Source: Eledone cirrhosa (Eukaryota). Taken from it: a stretch of 64,000 bases of DNA. Numbering within the stretch: the stretch's first letter is position 1; each line of letters begins with the position of its first letter. Below, in pieces: positions 1-14,045 of the stretch. The notes beneath the pieces were generated by a model that saw nothing but the letters and a program-made list of their open reading frames with translations, was not told the origin of the DNA and did no database searches. The translations under genes and the position numbers were made by a program. Location: NCBI GenBank assembly GCA_964016885.1, contig OZ024748.1:43152001-43216000 (forward strand), written 5' to 3'.

Positions 1-435
1 TAAGAGTCAATGGCCATCCAAAATCACTGGGAGAGATGACCCCTTAGCCTTTGTCAAGGCAGAATTCTAGGAGAAGGAAAACTCTGATATAACACCTGCA
101 ACCCTGAGGGTATCCAATGATGTTGACTTGTTCTTCTTTTTGGTATATATCATCTTGGTTAAGAGAGTGGGACTGGCTTTGTGCAGTGCCTTTGCTCACT
201 ATAAAAGCTTCACGGCACAGGCATTGCTTTATATCTGGAGATCTCTCTGCACTTGTCGTCACATGGTACCATGGGCCCAGCACTATGTGTCAATAATTGT
301 CACAAGTGTAGTGTTTGTACCAGAGTTTTCAAGTCGCTGGCTGGACTAAAAAGTCACACTCGTTCAGCGCATCGGTAGGAGTTCTCCTACATGGATATAA
401 AGTAGTGGCCGTACTCAAAAACGAGTTGGCAGCCA

Positions 436-438
<3 letters not shown>
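1..438 (+). mobile_element. Dispersed non-coding retroelement copy (RTE-like 5' UTR-derived), cut off by the window edge
   Basis: Near-identical reverse-complement copy at 41433-41870 (ORFs 44..283- and 41588..41827+ are the same sequence); ends in (TA)n. The RTE assignment rests only on the CTAGGAGAAGGAAAACTCTG motif (inference). Confidence 0.6.
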
Positions 439-503
<65 letters not shown>

Positions 504-844
504 GGAAAAAATGAAACGAAATTTCATTTCTTACTCTTAGTACGGCTGTTACTTAAATATAAGTATGTATACGTACATACATATATGTGTACAGACGTAC
601 AGTAGTATGTATATATATATATACATACATGCACACACATATATATATATGTACGTATGGATTCACCGAACATTCATGATAATGCTCGGTGTGTTTGTAA
701 ACAAACATCCCGAATTAAGCCGTACAGTGTCTAGCAACAAATCGTTGCTCATTTGTTCAACACTGACAAAGGAATGCTGTATTAGTTTCAAGCTTATTAG
801 CTATCGTCAGCAACGTATACCTTCCTGCCAGATGATTGATACAT

Positions 845-1342
845 ACCTCTTTGAAAGACGCTAACATCTCTGCTGATACATGGGAAAATATTGCTGCTGA
901 TCGTAATAAATGGAGAAAGACTGTATAAGAGGGAAAAGTTGCCTTTGAGGCATCTCGAATCGCATACGAGAAAGTAAAGCGGGATGTGAGGAAGGGCATT
1001 GCTGTTGCACTTCCAGACGGCGAGGGTCCTCCTATGGTGCTGACATGCAGCGTCTGTGCGAGACTCTGCCTAAGCAAAGCTGGACTCGAAAGTCATCTTC
1101 GCAGTCATAAAGTAAGACCAGTGGTTGACTACCAGGCTGCTGTTGGAGATGCTACTCATCATGCTTGCCAAACATGTGGTAGAGAATGTAAATCAGCAGG
1201 AGGGCTCAAGCGACATGCAAAAGTACATGAACTCCAACCACAGCCGGCTATTCCCAGTAAATGTTTTGGTTGCCGACTCTGTGCAAGACATTTTAGATCA
1301 TTGGCTGGGCTAAAAAGCCACATTCGATCGCAGCGCTGTTAG
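845..1342 (+). mobile_element. 3' fragment of an RTE-clade LINE ORF with three C2H2-type zinc fingers
   Basis: SLKDANISADTWENIAADRNKWRKTV*EG (RTE C-terminal WE..A.DR..WR motif, in-frame stop), followed by CSVCARLCLSKAGLESHLRSH, CQTCGRECKSAGGLKRHAKVH and CRLCARHFRSLAGLKSHIRS. Confidence 0.75.
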
Positions 1343-1406
1343 TTGCTATCGTGTGTGTGTGTGTGGGGGGGGGGGGGGGTATATATATGTATATTATTAT
1401 TATTAT

Positions 1407-2231
1407 AAACTCTAGGCGTCGACGAAAATCAACTAGACAATCTCTTCGGAAGGACTTTCTGGCCGGGGCCTATGGACAACTTCCAGAAATCCCTGGCCCG
1501 GCAGTGCTACCGAGGAGCTTTGCCAGTTCGGGATAAACTCTACAGGCATGGAGGTGCCGTCAGCCGGGCATGTCCGAGATGCGCACAGGGCGACGAAACC
1601 GTCCTGCACGCACTCGTCCAGTGTCCGAGCATTGCTGACTTGTGGGTTTATGTCGAACACCTGCTGTCACGTGTAAGACGGATCCACCTATCAGCTGAGT
1701 CCATCGTGAGGATTGCCCCGCCCTCTTCCTTTAGCCGGGAAGGGCAGGCAGTTTTTATCTGTCTGGTGGCCATGGCGAAAGAGATAGTATGTTGGACACG
1801 TTTGAAAGGGCTGAAGACGAGCACTTACCTCTTCGGTGATGCCCTGATTAACTTTTTCAAATTTCATCTGAAAAGGAAAATCAGGGTAGAGAGGGAAGTG
1901 CTCTCTTCCCAGCATTTTGTTGAAAGATGGGTGAGAGAAGCAAGTATGGCCCGAATGAATGGGCCTTCTCTGAGTATGTGTATGTAAATTAAAGGTGGAA
2001 AACTGGGAGAGGGCACTTGCCCTGGTGGCCAGGGTCACTGTGGCCTTTTAATGGGCTTTCTCCACCAATGTCCCTCGGAAGTGTCCCCCCTAAAGGGGAA
2101 TTTTTCATTGTTATTTTATACTACATCCTCTGTTTTTTTTACACGCAGAAATGCCCATTTGTACCGTCCTGTATTGTCCTGTACTGTCCTTAATGTCTAC
2201 TTTATGTAAACCCTTGTGGTTAATAAAGAAA

Positions 2232-2267
<36 letters not shown>
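1407..2267 (+). mobile_element. 5'-truncated Tx1/L1-group LINE, copy A (zf-RVT C-terminus, 3' UTR, (TTA)n tail)
   Basis: FQKSLARQCYRGALPVRDKL...CPRCAQGDETVLHALVQC (CCHC zf-RVT); AATAAA at 2222; (TTA)n at 2234-2267; second copy at 5483-6470. Confidence 0.8.
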
Positions 2268-2268
<1 letters not shown>

Positions 2269-5200
2269 AGTTGCATTTATCTTGCTTTATGTTCATACGA
2301 GTTATCACCAAGTCACAACCAGTGACCTCAAGAGACAACAAGGTCCGCCATGTTCAAGAAAGAACATACATATTCATACATGCATCTTTAGTGTTTAGAC
2401 TTGTGATGTACTTATATTGACAGAATCTTCCTTAGTATATGGGCAGTTCCCATTAGTACTATCTTTTGTATTTCTCCTATACGCGGGTTTCCTGGGATTT
2501 GCGATAAGTAGTCATTAGACCCCTTAGGTATCATTCCCAGAGCGCCTACAACCACTGGTATTGTTTTAGTTCTCAATTTCCACATTTTTTCCAATTTCTA
2601 TCTCCAGGTCCTTATACTTGCTCAATTTTTCAAATGTTTTTATAGATACATTCTTGTCTATTGGAACAGACATATCAATTAGCAGGCATACCCTCTTTTG
2701 AAAGTCCTTCAATATTATATCAGGTCTGTTTGCATCTATTTTTCGGTCTGTTTGGATGCTAAAGTTCCACAAGATTGAGATGTGATCTTTTTCAAGTATG
2801 GGAGGTGGTTGATGCTCCCACCAATTCTTTTGATGGGGCAGGTCAAAATGCTTACACATTATCCAATGTATGTATTGTGCAGCTCTGTCATGCCTGTTTA
2901 GGTATTCGGTTGGAGCTATAGGACTGCACATTGAAATTATATGGTCAATGGTCTCTGGTTGTTTTTTGCATACACGGCATACATGGCTGCACCCATTTTT
3001 TATTATGTTGGCTTGGTAATTTTTTGTTGGCAGACACTTATCTTGTGCCGATATAATCAGTCCTTCAGTCTCCGATTTCAGTCCAGAGGATGCCAACCAC
3101 TGATGGGTTAAAGTTTTGTCAACATCAGGATTGTTAGCTCGCTCTGGGTATTTTCCATACAGAGGCTTTTCTTGCCATTTCTTAGCCAGTTTCTGTAGCA
3201 GTTCTTTCTTTGCAGTTACTTTTACCTGCTTTGCTTTTTCTGTGTTTTCCATTTCAGCAGTAAATGGGACTTCTGAAATTTGTAGTCCATTACTGTATCT
3301 TTGTGCATCTTTTGTAATGGAATATGATCTTTTGATGCTTTCGTGTTTCAAAACGAGTTTGATCATCCAATCATGTGATTCTCTTAGATATGTAGATAAT
3401 CCAATTGTTGCAGTTTTCAACGCAATGTCTAACTGGATTAACCCACGTCCTCCTTCTTTCCTAGGGAGATATATTCTATCTATATCTGCCTTAGGGTGAT
3501 GCATTCTGTGCATGGTTAAGAATTTTCGAATTTTTGTATCGAGCCTACGGATCTCTGTGCTTGACCAGTTGATGACATTGTAACTGTAGGTTACTACTGG
3601 TATGGCAAGCGTGTTTATGGCATCGATCCTATTCCTTGCATTCAATTCCGTTCTTAAGATTGCTCTTACTCTGCGGTAACATTCCTTCCTTATCCTTTCC
3701 CTCATTGTCGAGTGCTTGATTCCGTCTCCTTCACAAACACCTAGATATTTGTAAGTTTTTTCTTGATCAAGTTCTCTTATCACGTTCCCCCGATCAAGAT
3801 TAATGTCTGAACTCTTCAGCAGCTTTCCTCTGGTGAACGTTGCTTTGGCGCATTTATCTAGTCCAAACTCCATTTTAATGTCATCACTGAACTGCTTCAC
3901 AGTGGATAATAGCCCTTGCAATTGTTCATCATTTTTTGCAAATAGTTTCAGGTCATCCATGTAGAACAGGTGATTAATGGTTTTGTCATAGACTTTATAT
4001 CCATGTTTTGTTTCATTGAGCATTTTACTTAATGGTATAAGTGCGATGCAGAATAAAAGCGGTGATAAAGAGTCACCCTGAAAAATTCCACAATTAATAT
4101 TAACTTCTCCAGCTTCCAGTGATTTTGTTTCACTATTCAAAAGGAGTGTCGTTTTCCATGTCTTCATACTGAATGACAAAAACCTCCTGACAACGGGGGA
4201 TATTTTGTAAATCTCTAAACATTTTTCAATCCAACTGTGTGGCAAACTATCGAATGCTTTTTTATAATCTATCCAAGCAATCGATAGATTTTTGTGTCTA
4301 TTATGACAATCTTCCAGTATCATTTTGTTAACCAGAAGCTGATCCTTACAGCCATATGAGCCTCGTTTACACCCTTTCTGCTCAATGGGAAATAGGTCAT
4401 TTGTTATCAGGTGGTCATATGTGTATTCAGTTAGGACTGATGTTAAAATTTTATACATTGTGGTCAAGCAAGTTATCGGTCTGTAATTTTGGGGATTGTT
4501 TGTCTCATCATTCTTCGGAAGCAGGAATGTAATGCCGTTAACTAGCCATGATGGTATCTTTTCTGGCTCCTTAACTATTTCATTGTAAAGTTGGGCTAAC
4601 AGCTCATGAGACTCTGTGAAGGCATTTATCCAAAAGTTTTGTATTTTGTCTTTTCCTGGGGATTTCCATTTGCTGGTTTTTCTTAGAGCCAAGCGCAACT
4701 GTTCAACTGTTACATTTTCCCATGTTTGTTCCTCAAGGTGAGCTGTATCTTTCATTTGTCTGTCTATCCATGGGGCATGTATGTTATGAACTTTTTCTTC
4801 GGCCCAGATCTTTTCCCAGAATTCTTGCACTTCCTCCTTGGGTGGTATTGATTTAGCAGTTATTGTTGACTTACCAATTTTTCTGTAGAAGTTTCTTTGG
4901 TTGTTTTTGAACATATTATTGTCCTTATAGAATCTAGATCGTTTTTCAAAGCGCCTTATACGAGCAGCTTTGGCCGACACTTTTTGCTTGATTATTTCTA
5001 TCAGCATGTCTATGTCACATGTTGATTTTATACTGTACTTTTTTTTCAATTTTCTAAGTTTAGTTTGTTTAACATGTTCACCTACTTTATAGTTTGTTAA
5101 AATTTCTATGTCAGATCGGAGAAGGTTTATTTGGTGATTGATGTTCTCTTGCCAAGTAGATTTCTTGTGGGAATTCCTTTGTTTTTTCATCTTCACTCCA

Positions 5201-5480
5201 CATAAGTGAGTGGTGACTTTAGCCGATGCATAATAGAGATGATTTAAATCAGTAATGTTTAATTTGTTTGTGATGATAATGTTTTTGAGAATTATGTTAG
5301 TCTTGTGTATTATCTTTTGGTTCTGTTTGGAGTTCTGGATCTTAGGGAGGGTGTCTCGTTGCCCCATGTCAGATTCTTTCATTTTCATCCATTCGATCAT
5401 AATTTCATCCTTCAAGTTGGCAAGTTCATTCTCATTCATTTCTTTATCATTTACGATCTCATTATTTTCATTGGCGCTCA
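2268..5480 (-). mobile_element. R4/Dong-clade non-LTR retrotransposon (RT + CCHC + restriction-like endonuclease), 5'-truncated, one frameshift
   Basis: 985-aa ORF with YRPITCL, GIFQGDSLSPLLF, YMDD, CRVC..ETIDHIISMC, RHD, RPDII...LIDMSVP..K..KY. It continues in ORF 2412..2594 (IPVVVGALG). The 3' end abuts (TAA)n. Confidence 0.9.
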
Positions 5481-5482
5481 CA

Positions 5483-6425
5483 GCCCTCGACCAATCGGGC
5501 AATGTGATCGGTGGAAACTCCACCTTGGCGTTCTATAGGGGATTAGTGGAGGGGAAGAGCGACGACGTACTTGGAGAAACTCTAGGCGTCGACGAAAATC
5601 AACTAGCCAATCTCTTCGGAAGGACTTTCGGGCCGGGGCCTATGGACAACTTCCAGAAATCCCTGGCCTGGCAGTGCTACCGGGGTGCTTTGCCAGTTCG
5701 GGATAAACTTTACAGGCATGGAGGTGCCGTAGCCGGGCATGTCCGAGATGCGCACAGGGCGACGAAACCGTCCTGCACGCCCTCGTCCAGTGTCCGAGCA
5801 TTGCTGACTTGTGGGTTTATGTCGAACACCTGTTGTCACGTGTAGGACGGATCCGGCTATCAGCTGAGTCCATCGTGAGGATTGCCCCGCCCTCTTCCTT
5901 TAGCCGGGAAGGGCAGGCAGTTTTTATCTGTCTGGTGGCCATGGCGAAAGAGATAGTATGGTGGACACGTTTGAAAGGGCTGAAGACGAGCACTTACCTC
6001 TTCGGTGATGCCCTGATTAACTTTTTCAAATTTCATCTGAAAAGGAAAATCAGGGTAGAGAGGGAAGTGCTCTCTTCCCAGCATTTTGTTGAAAGATGGG
6101 TGAGAGAAGCAAGTATGGCCCGAATGAATGGGCCTTCTCTGAGTATGTGTCTGTAAATTAAAGGTGGAAAACTGGGAGAGGGCACTTGCCCTGGTGGTCA
6201 GGGCCACTGTGGTCTTTTAATGGGCTTTCTCCACAAATGTCCCTTGGAAGTGTCCCCCCTATTGGGAATTTTTCATTGTTATTTTTATTACATCCTCTGT
6301 TTTTTTTACACGCAGAAATGCCCATTTGTACCGTCCTGTATTGTCCTGCACTGTCCTTAATGTCTACTTTATGTAAACCCTTGTGGTTAATAAAGAAAGC
6401 ATTATTGTTGTTGTCGTTGTTATTA

Positions 6426-6466
<41 letters not shown>

Positions 6467-6470
6467 GTTA
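5483..6470 (+). mobile_element. 5'-truncated Tx1/L1-group LINE, copy B
   Basis: Near-identical to 1407-2233 but about 95 bp longer at the 5' end; frameshift near 5730; AATAAA followed by a (TTG/TTA)n tail. Confidence 0.8.
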
Positions 6471-6612
6471 ATATATATGTATATATATATATATATAGAT
6501 ATAATTTTTTTTTTTTCGTGCAATGCTGGATAACGAGGGGACAACCATCATATATATACACACAAAAGGAAGTGGGGATGACATTTTGAGTAACTTTCCA
6601 TTAAATTTAATA

Positions 6613-6614
<2 letters not shown>

Positions 6615-6648
<34 letters not shown>

Positions 6649-6781
6649 GTGTGTGTGTGTGTGTATACACGCATAAACACATACATGTTGAGGAATACAT
6701 ACATATGTACATACAGCCACATTATTTACGCTAACACGCATACATATGCAGGGACAGATTCGCGCACATTCATTCGCGAAT

Positions 6782-6816
<35 letters not shown>

Positions 6817-6888
6817 TATGTTTATACACACACATATATATACCCCCCCCCCACACACACATGTATATATACACACACATATATGTAA

Positions 6889-6930
<42 letters not shown>

Positions 6931-7096
6931 GTATATACACGCACACAGACACACACACACATATATATATGTATATATACACACACGCACATATATGTAT
7001 ATATACACACACACATATATAAGTATACACACACACACACACACATATATATATAAGTATACACACACACACACACACATATATAAGTATACACAC

Positions 7097-7141
<45 letters not shown>

Positions 7142-7222
7142 ACACACACACATATATATATAAGTATACACACACACACACACGCATATATATAAGTATA
7201 CACACACACACAGACACACACA
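6615..7222. repeat. Compound (TA)n/(TG)n/(CT)n/(CA)n microsatellite
   Basis: Direct inspection. Confidence 0.95.
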
Positions 7223-7377
7223 TCTACCAACAGCTGGTGACCATCTCCCATACTTTCTAATATAAAGATCTCCCCACATATGCTACAGTAATATTTCTTT
7301 ATGCCTGAACAGATAAGTTTTTTACGATCTGACAGTTTTCTATATTTGACATATTTGTGTATAAACATTGGTTAAAG

Positions 7378-7723
7378 CAGCGTTTCTTAATCGGTTTTCT
7401 CCCAGAACCCTAGAGTTCCTCAAGAGGTCGCTTGGGGTTTCGGGAGAATGTGTCTACCTCGTCGTAACTCCGGAGGCAATGTTTTCTACATCATGCCGGC
7501 CAAGACCAAAACGTGGACGACATATTAAAGAACATGATTTCTACGAGATAGATTGGTCCACGTTGTCCTTGTTTTTCACATTTTTCTTTGTTTTGCGGTT
7601 TACTTTCCTCTTTCTTATTCAATAGTTAACTCTCGCTAACAAAGTAATTTTTATGCAGGGTTTCCCTTAGACGTGAAAACTAGTTCAAGGGTTCTACAAG
7701 GGTTAAAACGTTAAGAAACGCTG
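7378..7723. mobile_element. hAT (Charlie-like) MITE
   Basis: Terminal inverted repeats CAGCGTTTCTTAA...TTAAGAAACGCTG; subterminal GAACCC/GGGTTC; flanks GGTTAAAG and GGTTAGGA resemble a decayed 8-bp TSD. Confidence 0.7.
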
Positions 7724-7764
7724 GGTTAGGAGAACGTCGGTATATTGTTGGAAAGTTCAACCTC

Positions 7765-8072
7765 ACCTCACAATATATTCCTCACGTCATAACACACGAC
7801 TCACGAAACAACATGCCACTCTCACGACACAACCTTCTCACATCACAACACATATCTCACGTCACAACATACCACTCTCACGACACAACACACCACTCAC
7901 GTCGCAACATACCATTCTCACCACACAACATACCACCCTCACGACACAACATACCATTCTCACGTAACAACACATATCCCACGTCACAACACACCACTCA
8001 CGTCACAACATACCACTCTCACGACACAACATACAATTCTCACGTAACAACACACATCTCACGTCAAAACAC
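7765..8072. repeat. Degenerate ~20-bp minisatellite (CACAACATACCACTCTCACGA-like)
   Basis: Repeated cacaacatacca / ctcacg motifs. Confidence 0.8.
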
Positions 8073-8255
8073 ATTTCTTTTCATAAAATAGTTTGCTTTT
8101 AAGGTTGATTCTTTTGCAACTGCGAGGTTTTACGTCTCCAAAGCGAATTAGATTTGGAAATTTATAGAATATTTGGTTTATTTATCAGTTCCAATCTGAA
8201 ACCAGACGATATTTTGAACCTATAACAGATGACACTTCACTAACTTTATCATATA

Positions 8256-8914
8256 CTAGCAGATTTACCCGGCGTTGCCCGGGGTTTGAAATTATGCTAA
8301 GAATATACAGCTAGGAAGTAAAAGAAGGAAATTATTTGTCCCCAACCTGTCAAAATAAGCAGAAGTCTTCAATAATTAATGCAAACGAATATTTAGTGCA
8401 ATCTTTGTACACATAACACTATGCTGATAATGAAGGAAAACACTGAACAAGATGTAGTTATACAAATGATTAAAGACAATACACGTTGCAAATCTGTAAA
8501 AAAACAGGCAGTTTTGCTAAAGTACAAAAAGTTGTAATGAAAGCAGAGTTGTATTCAAACAAAAAAACAACAAGAGAAAATGTATTCTTTGAGAGCATCC
8601 TTTGCTGTGTATGGTTAAATTTTGAACTTATAATCCAAAATATCCTGCATGACATATTCATTGAAAGTCCAATAAGGATTTTGTTTTAATTGATTTCTAC
8701 CTTACATCATGCACTTTAAAAAAAATAATTTTGTTATCGATTTTTTATTGCTCAACGTGGGTCGATTTGAAAACATTTTGTGATGTGACCTCTTAGCGAC
8801 AGGTGTAACGTGCACAGAAAATTTGGTCAAATTCGGTTGGGAATTGTAAAAGCCTTAGCTGTCCAAAGTTGTCCACAGACACACACACATCCTCGCTTTT
8901 ATATATATAGAAGA
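8256..8914 (-). mobile_element. Non-autonomous Helitron
   Basis: On the minus strand: A|TCTTCTATATATATAAAAG 5' end; CCCGG-GCAACG-CCGGG hairpin followed by CTAG|T at the 3' end; inserted in an AT dinucleotide. A similar 3' end occurs at about 42431-42458. Confidence 0.75.
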
Positions 8915-9416
8915 TTTCATAGCTGTCTTTCGTGTGTAAATCGCCACAAAATAAAGTTTATAAGATCTGGTTTGTAACTTATAATTACGAGGAAATTTTC
9001 ATTTTACAAACCTAAACAAGTAAAACGTCTTTATTTCTTTATTTTTTCTCCATTTTTATTATTTGAAACATTAAGAGAGGTTAATAAATATCCAGAACCA
9101 CAAATCGTTTTTCTGACTAGATGTTTCTTAACGATGTATATACATGTCAGCCATTAGAAAACCGACTAAACCAAGCAAAGACAGTAAATGACATTAAACT
9201 ACACAACAGATACACACAAGAGCTAAACAATATATATAGAAAGTTATGGGTTCCGACCCACCACAGGCGCATATAATGACTCTTACACAAGGGGTTGTAT
9301 CTGTCTGTGTAGGGATGGGGGTGACGGGGTCTTTAACTAATGTATATAAACATAGTTTTATGTTTCTTAACTGAAGTGTCTGGGAAACGCTTCATTACTT
9401 TCTTTGAAACTTCACG

Positions 9417-9504
<88 letters not shown>

Positions 9505-9674
9505 TACATATATATATATATTGTCTGATGACCCTGTGTTAAACAGACAAAACTCCAGTGATAAGACTCACTATTTGCCCTAAATAAAATGAATATATTT
9601 ATATATTTAATACAGAAATAGCCTACCCTCGATTGAACCCGGGATAAACTTATATATATATACACACACACACA

Positions 9675-9773
9675 CAGGGTATCCACAAAAAATGTATACA
9701 CACTTTGATTACCTGTACAGGCAATATTTATAAGAATGCACAGCCTTTGTGTATACATTTTTGGGACACCCTG
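9675..9773. mobile_element. Tc1/mariner-type MITE
   Basis: TIRs CAGGGT(A/G)TCC..AAAAAATGTATACAC / GTGTATACATTTTTGGGACACCCTG, followed by TA; related copy at 60196-60270. Confidence 0.75.
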
Positions 9774-9909
9774 TATATATACATTATATACAAGTCTAAC
9801 CCATGCTAGAGTGGAAGATAGAAGTTAAACGATGATGATGATGATGATACATACACTCATTTTCGAAAAACATGTTAAACTCAATTTTATTTCTTTTTAT
9901 TTCTCACAG

Positions 9910-10059
9910 GTTGGCAACCATGGAGTGACTGGAGTTCTTGCAGAAGAAACTGCGATGGAGGAAAGCAAGTTCGTAAGCGTCGTTGCTTAAATTCAACTTC
10001 ATCAGACTGTAAAGGTTTGCTTAAAGACTTTCGAGATTGTAACATGTTTCCATGTGAAG
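9910..10059 (+). CDS. Host gene exon: thrombospondin type-1 (TSP1) repeat
   Basis: Polypyrimidine tract + cag acceptor, gtaag donor, 150 nt, phase 1-1. Translates WQPWSDWSSCRRNCDGGKQVRKRRCLNSTSSDCKGLLKDFRDCNMFPCE (WxxWxxWxxCxxxC..G...R.R.C). Confidence 0.92.
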
Positions 10060-10444
10060 GTAAGAATTCTTGTCTTCTATCATCATATATTTGTTAACGA
10101 AGATTGCAATGAAAATTGCCGAAGAAAATTGCTTAAGAAAATTTCCAGCGAAAATTGCAACAATTGTAATTTCAGGCATATTTGTTAATTCTTCTGTTTT
10201 TAAACAATTGAAAAGTTTTGATTTAATATAAACTATTGGAGTTCTTTTAATTAATATAGATTATTGTAAATGTTTGGTTTGATATAAGGTGTTGGAATGG
10301 TTTGGTTTAATATTAAAAGTAGAGTGTTGGTAACCTCCTGTTAACTCGGGCCTACAATGCAGTTTTAATTCCACATTATTCTTCTACCCTATATACCAAG
10401 TATATAACTGTACTTCATGCTGTCTTTATATTTTATCTTTACAG

Positions 10445-10950
10445 CTATAAACAACTTGTTAAAAATTATTCGAATAAACAATGTGAAGAAGCCAAAAATA
10501 AATGCAAAGAAATCTTCCAGATTTTTTGCCATAATTCCTGGGAAATCTTCTCGACGCAAACTCTCAGCTCTTCTCCCTTCTGGCTTTCCATATAACTTTT
10601 CTCTCTTTGTCACTGCTAAGTTCCCATACAACAGCAGTGGTTATATATTAACATTAACTGATGCCACCAATCAACTGTTTCTGGGAGTTTGGTTCGAGTC
10701 TAAATTACTAAGAATCGAACACAGAGAATCGCCATCACATAAGACAGGAACTGCCAGTTTCAATATTGACCTGATCGATCAACAATGGCACCAGTTCTCT
10801 CTGAGTATGAAGGGAAGCTCTGTGAAACTGTATTTTGATTGTATTCAAGAATATTCTCTTCCAATAATTCGGTCAGGAACTGTTTATTCTGGAAACGACC
10901 TCGTTCTTGCTATCGGCTCAAATGTCTCCTACAGTAACACTTCTTTCAAA
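10445..10950 (+). CDS. Host gene exon: TSPN / laminin G-like domain
   Basis: ttttatctttacag acceptor, gtaagt donor, phase 1-0. Open frame with GFPYNFSLFVTAK...ILTL...DQQWHQFSLSMKGSSVKLYFDC. Confidence 0.9.
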
Positions 10951-11002
10951 GTAAGTATTAAATATTTACTGTTTCAGTTCTCTTTATACAATATAGACAC
11001 AT

Positions 11003-11246
11003 AGTTTAGTGGTTATAGAGCTGGGCTCACAATTGTGAGGTTGTAAGAGTTCGATTCCCTGAAATGGAGAGCATGTTGTGTCCTTAGGCACGATACTTCA
11101 TTTCAGGTTTCTCCAGTTCCCCCAACTGGAAAAAAATAGTTGCGACGTCACTGGTGCCAAGTTGTATCAGCCTTTGCCTTTCCCTTGGATAACCTTGGGG
11201 GCATGGAGAGGGGGAAACTGGTGTGCATGGGTAGCAGCTGGTCTTC
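11003..11246 (+). mobile_element. tRNA-derived SINE with CORE-like central domain
   Basis: A box (TAGTGGTTA) and B box (GAGTTCGATTCC), then TTGTGTCCTTAGGCACGATACTT; related minus-strand copy at about 56925-57053. Confidence 0.65.
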
Positions 11247-11504
11247 TACACACACACACACACATAATATATGTGCATATATATATTAAATAGCCTTACC
11301 AACCTGCAATTAGCCAAGCGTGATGAGTTTGGCTTCACCCCTGAAGACATGCCCTAAACCAAACGGAAAGTGGTGAAGGTCAACCAGGGAAGGGTTCCTC
11401 CAACAGGAGTGAGAAGGCTCTGGATTAGATGATATAACTATATAATTCCAATGATATCAGTAATTCAAGTCGGTCAATATCTCTTGTAATCTCATTTCTT
11501 TCAG

Positions 11505-11597
11505 GGATATATTTCACAACTTGTTCTCTCTCCGAACCCTAAACTAGCCGTGAAGCAATGTCATATACCTTTCTCTAATGACAATGGGACGTCGAAG
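11505..11597 (+). CDS. Host gene exon: end of TSPN domain
   Basis: tttctttcag acceptor, gtaag donor, 93 nt, phase 0-0. GYISQLVLSPNPKLAVKQCHIPFSNDNGTSK completes the F.G.IxQL...P..A..QC TSPN motif. Confidence 0.85.
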
Positions 11598-12181
11598 GTA
11601 AGATTGATTATAATATTTGATCAGTATTTTATAAATGTCATAAAATAAGATTTACTATCAATCTTCTTGTACCTTTAACACCCTAGAATAAACCATGGGT
11701 GTCCCTAACAGCCTGTGGTTTTCCGTCTAGATACTTATATTTTACACACACACACATACACACACATATATATACACATATATATATATATACATATATA
11801 TATACATATATATATATATACATATACATATATATATACATATATATATATACATACATATAGAAAAGAAATAATGTTTTTTTCTATTTACTGTACCTTA
11901 CACATGCCGCCTAGTCCATCAGATAATGTGTTACTTCATTTGTCCCTCCCGAGGCTAAGGGACAGTTTGGGTTTCAGCCCTTACTCATCTTGGACTGAGT
12001 TGGCAGGGGAGGATGTGGGAGGCTCAAAACCAACCAACTCGTTGACTGCAGTGGATGTTGAAGGGCCAGCTGTAGCACGGTTGGCAGGTGTGACTGGCTT
12101 GAAGCAAGAGTAGATGGAGGACTGTTTGGCAGTGTTTCTTTTGGCTTCATACTTTTCTTGGTAAATCTTGACGCTTTTCTC

Positions 12182-12227
<46 letters not shown>

Positions 12228-12400
12228 TATTGAAATTTCCGTTGAAAAAAGAAAAGTCATAGAAGTGAAGAGTGCTCTATGTAAGTACCAGAGCAAAATT
12301 GGATGTATAAAAATCAATACAATATAATTATCTCATTACCAGAGGTTTCCAGAATGAGGCGAATACGAAAGAAACGTCTTCATTCGTTCGTTAGACGAGG

Positions 12401-13845
<1,445 letters not shown>

Positions 13846-14002
13846 TGGAATAAATGCTCTGAAATAGCGATATATATGTGAATATAGACATAGAATATTC
13901 GAAAATATTCTGTATGTTTATAATAAACATTTTGAAGACCTAATCGCTATAGAATAGAATACGTCACGTATTACAATTAGATTCTCGATAAAAGCAAGGG
14001 AA

Positions 14003-14045
14003 GTAATCTACGCGTTTCATTCTTGTTAGAAATCATCAGGACTAC
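14003..14045 (-). ncRNA. Type I hammerhead ribozyme (also at 14313-14355 and 14623-14665, minus strand)
   Basis: Reverse complement of the motif at 14955-14997. Confidence 0.85.

Noticed and set aside
5255-5845. 196-aa ORF as a gene
   Set aside because: It is a chimera of antisense Dong sequence and the Tx1-like fragment.
9524-9560. CTGATGA hammerhead candidates at 9525, 11341, 12337-12404 (-), 54805 and 60077
   Set aside because: The core or stems I/III are incomplete. They may be decayed copies but are not supportable individually.
11003-11065. tRNA gene
   Set aside because: A/B boxes are present but there is no complete cloverleaf, and the sequence continues into a SINE body.
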